Assembly (NCBI GenBank): GCA_964373805.1
Contig: CAYJWF010000008.1
Location: forward strand, 1-55,750
DNA from: an uncultured Planctomycetia bacterium
GTDB lineage: Bacteria > Omnitrophota > Gorgyraeia > 1-14-0-20-64-10
Reading direction: 5' to 3'
Length of the DNA stretch: 55,750 nucleotides
This document shows positions 6,631 through 14,247 of the stretch, one piece after another (position 1 is the first letter of the stretch; every line of letters starts with the position of its first letter). Below the pieces are notes generated by a model. It was not told where the DNA came from. It was given only the letters and a program-made list of their open reading frames with translations, and did not search any database. A program made the translations under genes and the position numbers.

Positions 6631-8049
6631 TCATCTTTTCCGTAAAACTTCCCAACGCCGCGCTGCCGTCACGAATCGCTGAGCCCACCGCGGCCGACTC
6701 AAGAAATGCAGATGGATGTACGAAGCCAATAGGTTGCGCTGAAAATATCCCTCCCGACGGGAGTTTCCCCCGTTCGGAGAGGCTACCTCATAGGCGCCTA
6801 GAACTTTCCGAGAAACTTCCCACACCGAGTGATGGAACTCGTGCCCTCGGGCCATCTCTCCTTTTCGGGCCAAGACCGTCGGCCGGATGGCCCGTACCTG
6901 CTTGTAGCCAAAGTTCTGAAGCCGATCGGTCATCCGAACCGATCCCGGCAGAAGACCTATCATTGGAAACCGCTTTCCCTTTCCGTTAACGATCGCTTGA
7001 GTCAAAACCATCAGTCCTCCACATTCGGCGTAAGTAGGAATTCCCCTTTTAACCCACTGCCGCATCTGGGCAAACAGGTTTTGATTCCTGGATAACTCGG
7101 CGGCGTACTCCTCCGGAAAACCACCTCCCAGATAAAGGGCCGCGACGCCAGCCGGCAAGGAGCGATCCTTCAAAGGAGAGAACGGAACCACTTCCGCCCC
7201 CAGCTCCCCTAGGAGATCTAAATTCTCCGGATAGTAAAAATGGAACGCCTCATCCATCGCCACAGCGATCGGTACTCTGTACCTGGTACAAATTTGGCTT
7301 TGGTGCCAGGCACTATTCTGCGTTTTCTTTATAAAAGTTTCGCGATTTTGGTGCCTGGCACCACGTTCGATCGCCTTTAAATCCACCCCTTCACGAAACC
7401 TGGCAGCCAGAGGCCCAAGGATCTTCTGCCAACCCCGCTCCTCGGTGGAAGGCACCAACCCCAGATGCCGTTCCGGCAACCGGAGCCGGTCATCCTTGGG
7501 AAGGTACCCCACCACCGGAATCTTGGCGAACCGCTCGATCCCTTCCTTGACCAACCGATAATGGGAAGGACCTCCCACCCGATTGAGGAAACAGCCGACG
7601 ATTCGAACCTGTCGATCAAATTCAACCATGCCTCGGACAATCGCCGCGGCCGATCGGGAGAGAGCGCTGGCGTCCAGCACCAAGAGAACCGGACAGCCTA
7701 AGATCTTCGCCAACTGAGCGGTGGACCCTTCCTCGCCGGTGGCTCCGATGCCATCGTAAAGTCCCATGACCCCTTCGATCAAGGCGAGATTCGCGCCGAG
7801 GCAGGCCCGCTGAAACAGTTGGGTCAGCTCTTCTCGAGGGATGAGCCAGCCATCCAGATTTCGGCAGGGACGGTCGCTTAAAGAGCTGTGGTATCCGGGA
7901 TCGATGTAATCCGGTCCCACCTTAAACGGCTGAACCGTCTTTCCCTGCCGAAGGAACGCCTGAAGGAGCCCTAGGGTGACGGTGGTTTTACCGACCCCGC
8001 TGTGGGTCCCCGCAATCAAAAGCCTAGAGATATGTACCTCACCAGCCAT
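6631..8049 (-). CDS. cbiA: cobyrinate a,c-diamide synthase
   Basis: 472 aa. N-terminal P-loop domain (IAGTHSGVGKTTVTLGLL...FKVGPDYIDPGYH) and C-terminal glutamine amidotransferase domain (AECGGLMVL). The inter-domain linker carries a repeat-derived insertion. Confidence 0.92.
   Translation of the reverse strand: MAGEVHISRLLIAGTHSGVGKTTVTLGLLQAFLRQGKTVQPFKVGPDYIDPGYHSSLSDRPCRNLDGWLIPREELTQLFQRACLGANLALIEGVMGLYDGIGATGEEGSTAQLAKILGCPVLLVLDASALSRSAAAIVRGMVEFDRQVRIVGCFLNRVGGPSHYRLVKEGIERFAKIPVVGYLPKDDRLRLPERHLGLVPSTEERGWQKILGPLAARFREGVDLKAIERGARHQNRETFIKKTQNSAWHQSQICTRYRVPIAVAMDEAFHFYYPENLDLLGELGAEVVPFSPLKDRSLPAGVAALYLGGGFPEEYAAELSRNQNLFAQMRQWVKRGIPTYAECGGLMVLTQAIVNGKGKRFPMIGLLPGSVRMTDRLQNFGYKQVRAIRPTVLARKGEMARGHEFHHSVWEVSRKVLGAYEVASPNGGNSRREGYFQRNLLASYIHLHFLSRPRWAQRFVTAARRWEVLRKR
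7288..7365. repeat. F4 palindromic element in frame inside cbiA
   Basis: The 13-nt arms TGGTGCCAGGCAC (7301-7313) and GTGCCTGGCACCA (7351-7363) are perfect reverse complements. They flank a 37-nt AT-rich core. The arm-to-arm span is 63 nt, or 21 codons. It is translated as GARHQNRETFIKKTQNSAWHQ. Confidence 0.8.
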
Positions 8050-8997
8050 TTATTTGGTCAGCCACCAACGAATCCCGATACCAAGAACCGCTGCGAGAAA
8101 AGAACAAACCCACATCAAACGGATCGCCTGAGCGATCGCCTCCGGTTCCAAAGGACGTCGAGGATCCCCTAAACAGGGCATCTCCCTCGGCACCTTCTGA
8201 TAAAAATTGGTCCCACCCAGTCTAACCCCCAAGGCTCCGGCCATGGCCGCTTCCGGAATCCAAGAGTTCTCCCCTTGTTTCCAAGCGTCTCGATAGGTCA
8301 CGCGAAGCGCCTCCCCTGCCGATCCTCCTGTCATGAGCGCCGATAAGGCCAACGCCCAAGCGGTGAGCCGCGCCGGAACGGCGTTCATCCAACGGTCGAC
8401 TTGGGCCGCGGCCTGGCCAAACCGCACGTAGCGAGCGGAACGAAACCCCACCATGGAATCCAACGTGTTGACCGCCTTGTAGAGACAGGCCAAAGGGGCA
8501 CCCCCCAGCACCGCGTAGAATAGGGGGGCCACAATCCCGTCCATGGCGCTTTCTGCGATCGTCTCAACGGCAGCCCGCACGATCTCCGGTTCGGTCAAAC
8601 AGTCGGTATCCCGCCCCACGATCCTGCTGACCTTGACGCGGGCGGTCCGAAGATCGTGGGATTTCAAGGCCCGATAGACCGGCCAACTCTCCACGGCCAA
8701 GTCTCTCGTGGAAAGACACGAGTAGAGGAGAACCACCTCCCCCCAGAAGGCCCATCCGATTGAGAATTTCCCCAAGACCCCTAACAGAAATTGGACCAGA
8801 CCCAACGTTCCCCCCGCGATTCCAGCGACGAGCAACCAACCCGCCCTCCTCTCATCATGAATCAGCGACCTTAAGATCCCTTCCCCTCGTTGAATCGCCC
8901 ATCCCAATCCCCGGACCGGATGGGGCAGCCACTGGGGATCGCCTAAACCTAAGTCGAGCAGGTACGCCAACGCCAACTTCAAAGGGAGGGTATCCAT
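8050..8997 (-). CDS. cbiB: adenosylcobinamide-phosphate synthase
   Basis: 315-aa membrane protein. The N-terminus LLDLGLGDPQWLPHPVRGLGWAI is typical of CbiB/CobD. Confidence 0.9.
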   Translation of the reverse strand: MDTLPLKLALAYLLDLGLGDPQWLPHPVRGLGWAIQRGEGILRSLIHDERRAGWLLVAGIAGGTLGLVQFLLGVLGKFSIGWAFWGEVVLLYSCLSTRDLAVESWPVYRALKSHDLRTARVKVSRIVGRDTDCLTEPEIVRAAVETIAESAMDGIVAPLFYAVLGGAPLACLYKAVNTLDSMVGFRSARYVRFGQAAAQVDRWMNAVPARLTAWALALSALMTGGSAGEALRVTYRDAWKQGENSWIPEAAMAGALGVRLGGTNFYQKVPREMPCLGDPRRPLEPEAIAQAIRLMWVCSFLAAVLGIGIRWWLTK

Positions 8998-10601
8998 GGA
9001 ATCACCCTTAAAAGCTTTTCCTGGAAAAGATGCTCTCGAACCACATCGGCCAGTCGATCGTAGGGGTCCAACCCCACGTCATTGCGAGGGACACCGACCC
9101 CGAGCGAAGCGAGGGGGAGGGGGACCGAAGCAATCCCACGATGAGATTGCTTCGCTTCGCTCGCAATGACGGTTGGTACACCGATCCGCAACCTATTCAA
9201 AAAGTAGCGACGGAATCCTTCCGCCTCAAACAGGCCATGCAGGTAAGTTCCCCAAATCTTCTTCTCGGGGAGCGCGCATCCATCTAATTCCTCCACGGCA
9301 ACCCCTGCCCGCTCGGTGAGTCGGAAGACCGGCTTCCCCCGCCGACTCCCTTGGAGCCGCCCCGAGTGAATTTCAAAACCTCGGATCGGCTCTCCACTCT
9401 CCAGGTGGATCCCTTTCACCTGGGCGGTGAGCTTCTGCGGTAGGAAGAGGGTGCTGGTCGGCAGAACTCCCAATCCGGGCATCGCCGCTTCTTCCGATTC
9501 CACATGGGCCGGATCGTAAATCCATTGGCCCAGCATCTGGAATCCGCCGCAGATTCCCAAAACCGGCACCCCGGCCTCCACACAGCGGCTCAGGTACCGG
9601 TCCAACCCCACCGACCTTAGCCAAACGAGATCGCTCATCGTACTTTTCGATCCTGGGAGAATCACCAGGTCCGGAAGATCTCCGTTTCCAGGGGACACGG
9701 TGAGATATTCCACGGCCACGTCCGATTCTTGGTGCAGCGGATCGAAATCGTTGAAATTGGCCACGGTGGGATAGCGGATCACCTGGATGTGAACCAACTC
9801 GGTGTCAGACACTGCAGGAAGGGTGCCAGGTCTTAGACCTGGCACCCTTCCAAGGTTTCGGTGTCTGACACCGATGGCCAGGCTATCCTCCTCTGGAATG
9901 CCGAGGTTTTCGATGTAGGGGATCACCCCAAGAACCGGCCGGCCGGTCCGTTGCTCCAACCACTCTAAGCCTGGCCTTAAGAGGGCCTCCTCCCCGCGAA
10001 ACTTATTGATGAGGAACCCTCGGACCAAAGCCCGCTCTTCGGGTGGGAGAAGCTCCAGGGTCCCCACCAAATGGGCAAACACCCCGCCCCGCTCAATATC
10101 GGCCACCAAAATCACCGGCGCATGGACCATCCGGGCCACCTCCATATTGGCCAAGTCGGTGGATCGCAAATTGATCTCGGCCGGCGAGCCGGCCCCCTCG
10201 ATCACCACGACCTCGAAACGATCGATGAGCGCCTCGAGGGATTCCCGGATCACCCCCAGGAGCTCTTCCCGAAGCTTGGAAAATTCCACAGCGGGTACGG
10301 TACCCCGGACCTTTCCTAAGACGACCACCTGGGAACAACGATCGGCCATCGGTTTCAAAAGAACCGGATTCATCTGGACCGTGGGCGTCACCCCGGAAGC
10401 CCAGGCCTGAACCGCCTGAGCGTAGGCGATCTCACCCCCTTCTTCCGTCACCCAGGCGTTGTTGGACATGTTCATCCCCTTAAACGGCGCCACCCGAACA
10501 CCCCGACGGCTTAAAATCCGACAGAAGGCGGTCGCCAAAACCGATTTCCCCACATGGGACGAGGTCCCCTGAATCATGACGACTTTAGCCGGCATGCTCA
10601 A
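8979..10601 (-). CDS. cobQ: cobyric acid synthase
   Basis: 540 aa. The N-terminal sequence VMIQGTSSHVGKSVLATAFCRIL is followed by a GATase domain (LPGSKSTMSDLVWL...GICGGFQMLG). It is about 50 aa longer than usual because of two repeat-derived insertions. Confidence 0.92.
   Translation of the reverse strand: MSMPAKVVMIQGTSSHVGKSVLATAFCRILSRRGVRVAPFKGMNMSNNAWVTEEGGEIAYAQAVQAWASGVTPTVQMNPVLLKPMADRCSQVVVLGKVRGTVPAVEFSKLREELLGVIRESLEALIDRFEVVVIEGAGSPAEINLRSTDLANMEVARMVHAPVILVADIERGGVFAHLVGTLELLPPEERALVRGFLINKFRGEEALLRPGLEWLEQRTGRPVLGVIPYIENLGIPEEDSLAIGVRHRNLGRVPGLRPGTLPAVSDTELVHIQVIRYPTVANFNDFDPLHQESDVAVEYLTVSPGNGDLPDLVILPGSKSTMSDLVWLRSVGLDRYLSRCVEAGVPVLGICGGFQMLGQWIYDPAHVESEEAAMPGLGVLPTSTLFLPQKLTAQVKGIHLESGEPIRGFEIHSGRLQGSRRGKPVFRLTERAGVAVEELDGCALPEKKIWGTYLHGLFEAEGFRRYFLNRLRIGVPTVIASEAKQSHRGIASVPLPLASLGVGVPRNDVGLDPYDRLADVVREHLFQEKLLRVIPWIPSL
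9078..9170. repeat. F5 element (GTCATTGCGAG...CTCGCAATGAC) in frame in the cobQ 3' region
   Basis: The outer 11-bp arms are perfect. The inner hairpin is GAAGCAATC(9127-9135)/GATTGCTTC(9145-9153). The 93-nt span equals 31 codons and is translated as VIASEAKQSHRGIASVPLPLASLGVGVPRND. Related motifs occur at 54031-54060 and 39541-39560. Confidence 0.8.
9801..9874. repeat. nested F4-type hairpin in frame inside cobQ linker
   Basis: The outer arms are CGGTGTCAGACAC (9801-9813) and GTGTCTGACACCG (9862-9874). The inner hairpin is a perfect 16 bp: GGAAGGGTGCCAGGTC (9818-9833), loop TTA, GACCTGGCACCCTTCC (9837-9852). It is translated as GVRHRNLGRVPGLRPGTLPAVSD. Confidence 0.85.
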
Positions 10602-11733
10602 GCACCCTCTGTAACGCCTTCAGCAACCGGATATTCTCTTTAAAGCGACGGACCGCCACTCGGATAAATCGGCCTTGAGGGAGCCCGGTAAAGTCGTTAC
10701 AGACCCGCACGCCGATCCCTTCTTCACACAGCCGCTTCGCCAAGCTCTGATTGGACCAGGCCGGATCAAGAACCCGGCACAGAAAGAAGTTGGCCTCGGA
10801 AGGAAAGACCCGAACTCCCTTAACCCCCCGCAGAGCTTTCTCCAGCAGGCTCCGCTCTCCCGCAAGCTTCTCTCGTGAAGAAGATAAAAAGTCTCTGTCC
10901 TGAACCAACCGCGATCCGATTTCCGCGGCCAAGGCGTTCATGACCCACGGAGGCTGAATGGCTTGAAGCCGCCCCACCATCTCTGGGGAAGCCGCGAGAT
11001 AGCCAATCCTTAAACCGGGGACGTGAAAGACCTTGGTCAGGGAGCGCAAGACGATCAGCCGATGAAACCGCTTGACCCATCCGATCAGGGAATGGCGGGA
11101 TGGCTCCTCCACCAGATCGATGTACGCCTCATCCACCACGACGGTAATCCCAAGCCGCTCACACCACTCGATCCATTTCAAGAGCTCCTCTCTCGGCCAG
11201 AGGGACCCGGTGGGATTGTTGGGATGACAGAGAAACAGAAGGTCCATCTTCCGCGATGAAGAGGCCTTAAAAGGAGGCTGCTGCTTCATGAGCGGCAGCG
11301 GGTCAAATCCCTCTTCCTCTTTTAAAACCCAAGGGATCACCTTCCCCCCATCGGCCTGGACCGCCCGTTCGTACTCGGTGAAGGTGGGGACCACCACCAC
11401 GGCTTGAGATCTCGCCACCAGACGACTGATGAGATGGATGAGATCCGCCGTTCCATTGCCTGGGAGGATGTGAGCCGGATCGAGCCCTTCCTTTTCAGCA
11501 ACCGTTTCCCGAAATGTTCGGTAGGTCGGCTCCGGATACCAGCCGATTCGGTCCCAAGAGGATTGAAGAAATTTTCTTAACCCAGGGGGAGGTCCAAAGG
11601 GGTTTAAGTCGGCGCTAAAGTCTAAGAAACGATCCATCTCCTTCTCGTCCTCCAAAACCGCCCAAGGGTTTCCTCCGTGTTGAAAAGTGGGGTGAGACCC
11701 CAAGGGGTCTCGTCCCATCAGAATTTGCTTCAT
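10585..11733 (-). CDS. cobD: L-threonine-O-3-phosphate decarboxylase (class I/II aminotransferase fold)
   Basis: C-terminal 382 aa of ORF 10585..12069. The ATG at 11733 overlaps the cobS stop (ATGA). The sequence HGGNPW...DFSADLNPFGPP...LTKVFHVPGLRIGY is typical of CobD/CobC decarboxylases. The upstream part of the track ORF overlaps cobS. Confidence 0.85.
   Translation of the reverse strand: MKQILMGRDPLGSHPTFQHGGNPWAVLEDEKEMDRFLDFSADLNPFGPPPGLRKFLQSSWDRIGWYPEPTYRTFRETVAEKEGLDPAHILPGNGTADLIHLISRLVARSQAVVVVPTFTEYERAVQADGGKVIPWVLKEEEGFDPLPLMKQQPPFKASSSRKMDLLFLCHPNNPTGSLWPREELLKWIEWCERLGITVVVDEAYIDLVEEPSRHSLIGWVKRFHRLIVLRSLTKVFHVPGLRIGYLAASPEMVGRLQAIQPPWVMNALAAEIGSRLVQDRDFLSSSREKLAGERSLLEKALRGVKGVRVFPSEANFFLCRVLDPAWSNQSLAKRLCEEGIGVRVCNDFTGLPQGRFIRVAVRRFKENIRLLKALQRVLEHAG
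11688..11720. repeat. F3 palindromic element at the 5' end of cobD
   Basis: GGGGTGAGACCCCAAGGGGTCTCGTCCCATCAG. On the coding strand it reads CTGATGGGACGAGACCCCTTGGGGTCTCACCCC and is translated as LMGRDPLGSHP (codons 5-15). Confidence 0.8.
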
Positions 11734-12551
11734 AGCGTCACCAAACACAGCAACAGGATCACTTCCACCGCCTCGTTGACGGCGCCCAAGGTATCCCCGG
11801 TAATACCCCCCAAACGCCAAAGGAACAGCTGATTCAAAAGCCCAAGAATGATCCCCGTCACTGCCATCGTGAAAATCCCCATCGCCGGGCCAACGGCCCA
11901 AAGGCCAAGCCCAAGGGTAAAGAGAGAGGCGACTCCCACCGTCTTCATCGATCGGACCTCCGTCGCCAGCCGCCCGATCCCGGCCTTCCCTGGAACGTAC
12001 GGGAACCACTGAGCCGATAGGACCATGGCCCAACGGCTCAAAGCCCCGACCAAGAGAAGAACCCTCCACAGATCATTCGTCGGAATGGACCGGATCGAGA
12101 GCCATTTAAGTCCCAAAAGAAAAAACAGAGCCACCGCCCCTAAGGCTCCGATCCGGCTGTCTTTCATAATTTGAAGGGTGGACTCCGGATTTTTCCAAGC
12201 GGCTAAGCCGTCCACCGTATCGGAAAAACCGTCGAGATGGAGTCCGCCGGTCAGAACCGCCATCGCCATTAAACCCAACATGGCCGCTACCGAGCTGGGC
12301 CACTCCTTGACCGAGAGAAGAACCACACCGGCTCCCACCGCGCCGACCAGTGCGCCACCCAAGGGAAACCAAGCCATAGCTTGACTCATTCGCATGGCCG
12401 AATCCGGACCCCACCCACGCTCCTGAGGAGCCGACGATCCGCCCATCGGCAAAATCGTTAAGAACGAAACAGCATCTTTAATGGGGTGAGACCCCTTGGG
12501 GGCTAGCCCCTTGGAGGGGTCTCGTCCCATCAGGTTTTGATTTGCCTTCAC
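11730..12551 (-). CDS. cobS: adenosylcobinamide-GDP ribazoletransferase (cobalamin synthase)
   Basis: 273-aa polytopic membrane protein with VSFLTILP and DGFSDTVDGL motifs typical of CobS. The GTG start overlaps the cobT stop (GTGA). The N-terminal roughly 25 codons include an F3 element. Confidence 0.9.
   Translation of the reverse strand: MKANQNLMGRDPSKGLAPKGSHPIKDAVSFLTILPMGGSSAPQERGWGPDSAMRMSQAMAWFPLGGALVGAVGAGVVLLSVKEWPSSVAAMLGLMAMAVLTGGLHLDGFSDTVDGLAAWKNPESTLQIMKDSRIGALGAVALFFLLGLKWLSIRSIPTNDLWRVLLLVGALSRWAMVLSAQWFPYVPGKAGIGRLATEVRSMKTVGVASLFTLGLGLWAVGPAMGIFTMAVTGIILGLLNQLFLWRLGGITGDTLGAVNEAVEVILLLCLVTL
12479..12533. repeat. F3 palindromic element (extended form) at the 5' end of cobS
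   Basis: TAATGGGGTGAGACCCCTTGGGGGCTAGCCCCTTGGAGGGGTCTCGTCCCATCAGG. It has the same termini as the other F3 copies plus an inner GGGGGCTAGCCCC palindrome. It is translated as LMGRDPSKGLAPKGSHPIK. Confidence 0.8.
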
Positions 12552-13681
12552 TTCAGTTTTTCCGCCACTCCAGCCTCTTCGAAGGTCGCCATCTCCTTGA
12601 GCAGCCTTAAGGAGGCCTCGATCAGAAAAAAGGCCAGCGCCGCCCCCGCCCCCTCCCCCAGCCGCATCTTAAGATTAAGATACGCCTCAAGCCCCAAAGC
12701 CTTCAGTTGGATCGCATGGCCCGGCTCCTCCGATCGATGGGAAGCGATCAGATACTCGCGAACCATCGGTTCGATCCGATAGGCCAAAAGGGCCGCCGAG
12801 GTGGCGATGAACCCATCCAAGACGATCGGCACTCGATCTTGGGCGGCGGCCAGGAGGATGCCGCCCAAGCAACCGATCTCGAGTCCCCCGATGGCCGCCA
12901 GGCAGCCGACCGGGTCGTTGGGAGAGGGCCGATGTCGATCCAACGCCTCTTCGATCACCCGGACCTTATGGGCCCACTGCGCTTCGCTCAAACCGGTTCC
13001 CCGACCGGTGACCTCTTTTGCGGGCGAGCTCGTCAAAACCGCGGTCAGAGCGCTGGCAGCGGTCGTGTTCCCGATCCCCATATCTCCTAAGCCCACCAGA
13101 TCGATCGGCTGGGCCTGGTGCGCCTGACGGAAAATTTCTCCACCCACTTGAAGGGTCCTTTCGGCCTCGGGACGGGTCATCGCCGGTTCCTTCACCATGT
13201 TCCCGGTACCCGGTCGAACCTTGGCTAAGATGAGCCCCTCCCTGGCTGGGAATGAGGCGTCCCGCGCTGACGCGCGGCACTTTCCTGCACTGGCCGCTGG
13301 CGCAGCCAGAAACGTAGAGGAAGCCACCCCGGCATCGACCACGAGGACTTCCGCCCCGACCTGCCGGGCCAGAACGTTGATGCCGGCTCCTCCGTTTAAG
13401 AAATTGAATACCATCTGAGCGGTCACCGCCTGGGGGTAAGCGGAGACGCCCTCCGCCACCACCCCGTGATCCCCGGCTACGGTAAAGATGACCTTGCGCT
13501 GAATGGAAGGGAGCGCCTTGCCCGTTATGCCGGCCATCTGAACCGCTATTTCTTCGAGCCGCCCCAAAGATCCTTGCGGTTTGGTGAGGCTGTCCCACCG
13601 CTTCCGACACAGTTCCTGGGCTTTCTGATCGATCGGTGGAATTTTAATGGGGCCAGACCCCTTGGGGTCTGACCCCATCAT
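12548..13681 (-). CDS. cobT: nicotinate-nucleotide--dimethylbenzimidazole phosphoribosyltransferase
   Basis: 377 aa with LTKPQGSLGRLEE, GDHGV and GDMGIGNTTAASAL motifs. The ATG overlaps the cobU stop (ATGA). It contains an F3 copy at codons 1-12 and an internal F2-derived insertion. Confidence 0.92.
   Translation of the reverse strand: MMGSDPKGSGPIKIPPIDQKAQELCRKRWDSLTKPQGSLGRLEEIAVQMAGITGKALPSIQRKVIFTVAGDHGVVAEGVSAYPQAVTAQMVFNFLNGGAGINVLARQVGAEVLVVDAGVASSTFLAAPAASAGKCRASARDASFPAREGLILAKVRPGTGNMVKEPAMTRPEAERTLQVGGEIFRQAHQAQPIDLVGLGDMGIGNTTAASALTAVLTSSPAKEVTGRGTGLSEAQWAHKVRVIEEALDRHRPSPNDPVGCLAAIGGLEIGCLGGILLAAAQDRVPIVLDGFIATSAALLAYRIEPMVREYLIASHRSEEPGHAIQLKALGLEAYLNLKMRLGEGAGAALAFFLIEASLRLLKEMATFEEAGVAEKLK
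13256..13322 (-). repeat. F2 repeat (short form) in frame inside cobT
   Basis: The reverse complement reads CCTCTACGTTTCTGGCTGCGCCAGCGGCCAGTGCAGGAAAGTGCCGCGCGTCAGCGCGGGACGCC. This matches 27431-27539 minus its internal roughly 42-nt segment. It is translated as STFLAAPAASAGKCRASARDA. Confidence 0.8.
13645..13680. repeat. F3 palindromic element spanning the cobU stop / cobT start
   Basis: TTAATGGGGCCAGACCCCTTGGGGTCTGACCCCATCA. On the coding strand this is ATGATGGGGTCAGACCCCAAGGGGTCTGGCCCCATTAA. It contains the cobU TGA and both candidate cobT ATGs. Confidence 0.8.
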
Positions 13682-14247
13682 TTCAATCGCAGCGGCATAC
13701 CCGCCACCAAGAAATAAACCTCGTCCGCCGATTGGGCCACCTTTTGGTTAACGGTTCCCAAAACATCTCGAAACTTCCGGCCCAAGGGATAGACCGGCAC
13801 CAAACCCAACCCCACTTCGTTCGACACGAAGACAGCGGTGACGCCGGGTCGCCGACAAGCGGTTAATAGGGCGTCGATCTTCCGGTGAATCTGCGGGGCA
13901 GAGTTCTTGGCCAACAAGAGGTTCGTCACGAAGGTGGCGAGGCAATCGAACAGGATAAAACTCCCTGGGGTCAATAACCGCTTCGGCAACCGCTCCGGCA
14001 GATGAATCGGTTCCTCCAAAGTGGCCCATCGACCCTCTCGGGCCTTTCGATGCCGATGGATCCGCCCTTTCATCTCCGAATCGCAGGCAACACCGGCGGC
14101 CACGAAGAGGCGTTTTCGGAAAGGTTCCCCTTCGGCGAGCTCCAAAGCGAAGCGGCTTTTCCCGGACCGGGCACCGCCGGTCACGAGAATGAGGTGAGCC
14201 CTAGAAACAGAAACGGCCTCACCTTCCAGAGTTCGTGAGACCATCAT
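13678..14247 (-). CDS. cobU: bifunctional adenosylcobinamide kinase / adenosylcobinamide-phosphate guanylyltransferase
   Basis: C-terminal 189 aa of ORF 13678..14364. P-loop ILVTGGARSGKSRFA. The ATG at 14247 is preceded by GGGGGAGGA. The track ORF's first 39 codons run through the riboswitch and were discarded. Confidence 0.88.
   Translation of the reverse strand: MMVSRTLEGEAVSVSRAHLILVTGGARSGKSRFALELAEGEPFRKRLFVAAGVACDSEMKGRIHRHRKAREGRWATLEEPIHLPERLPKRLLTPGSFILFDCLATFVTNLLLAKNSAPQIHRKIDALLTACRRPGVTAVFVSNEVGLGLVPVYPLGRKFRDVLGTVNQKVAQSADEVYFLVAGMPLRLK

Noticed and set aside
10585-12069. 494-aa ORF-track version of the threonine-phosphate decarboxylase gene
   Set aside because: The N-terminal 112 codons overlap cobS in another frame. 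The ATG at 11733 forms an ATGA junction with the cobS stop and precedes the recognisable aminotransferase-fold sequence. Similar trimming was applied to 15023..15853, 17281..18510, 18404..19807, 21951..23138, 30887..31369, 31320..31994 and 33372..34004.
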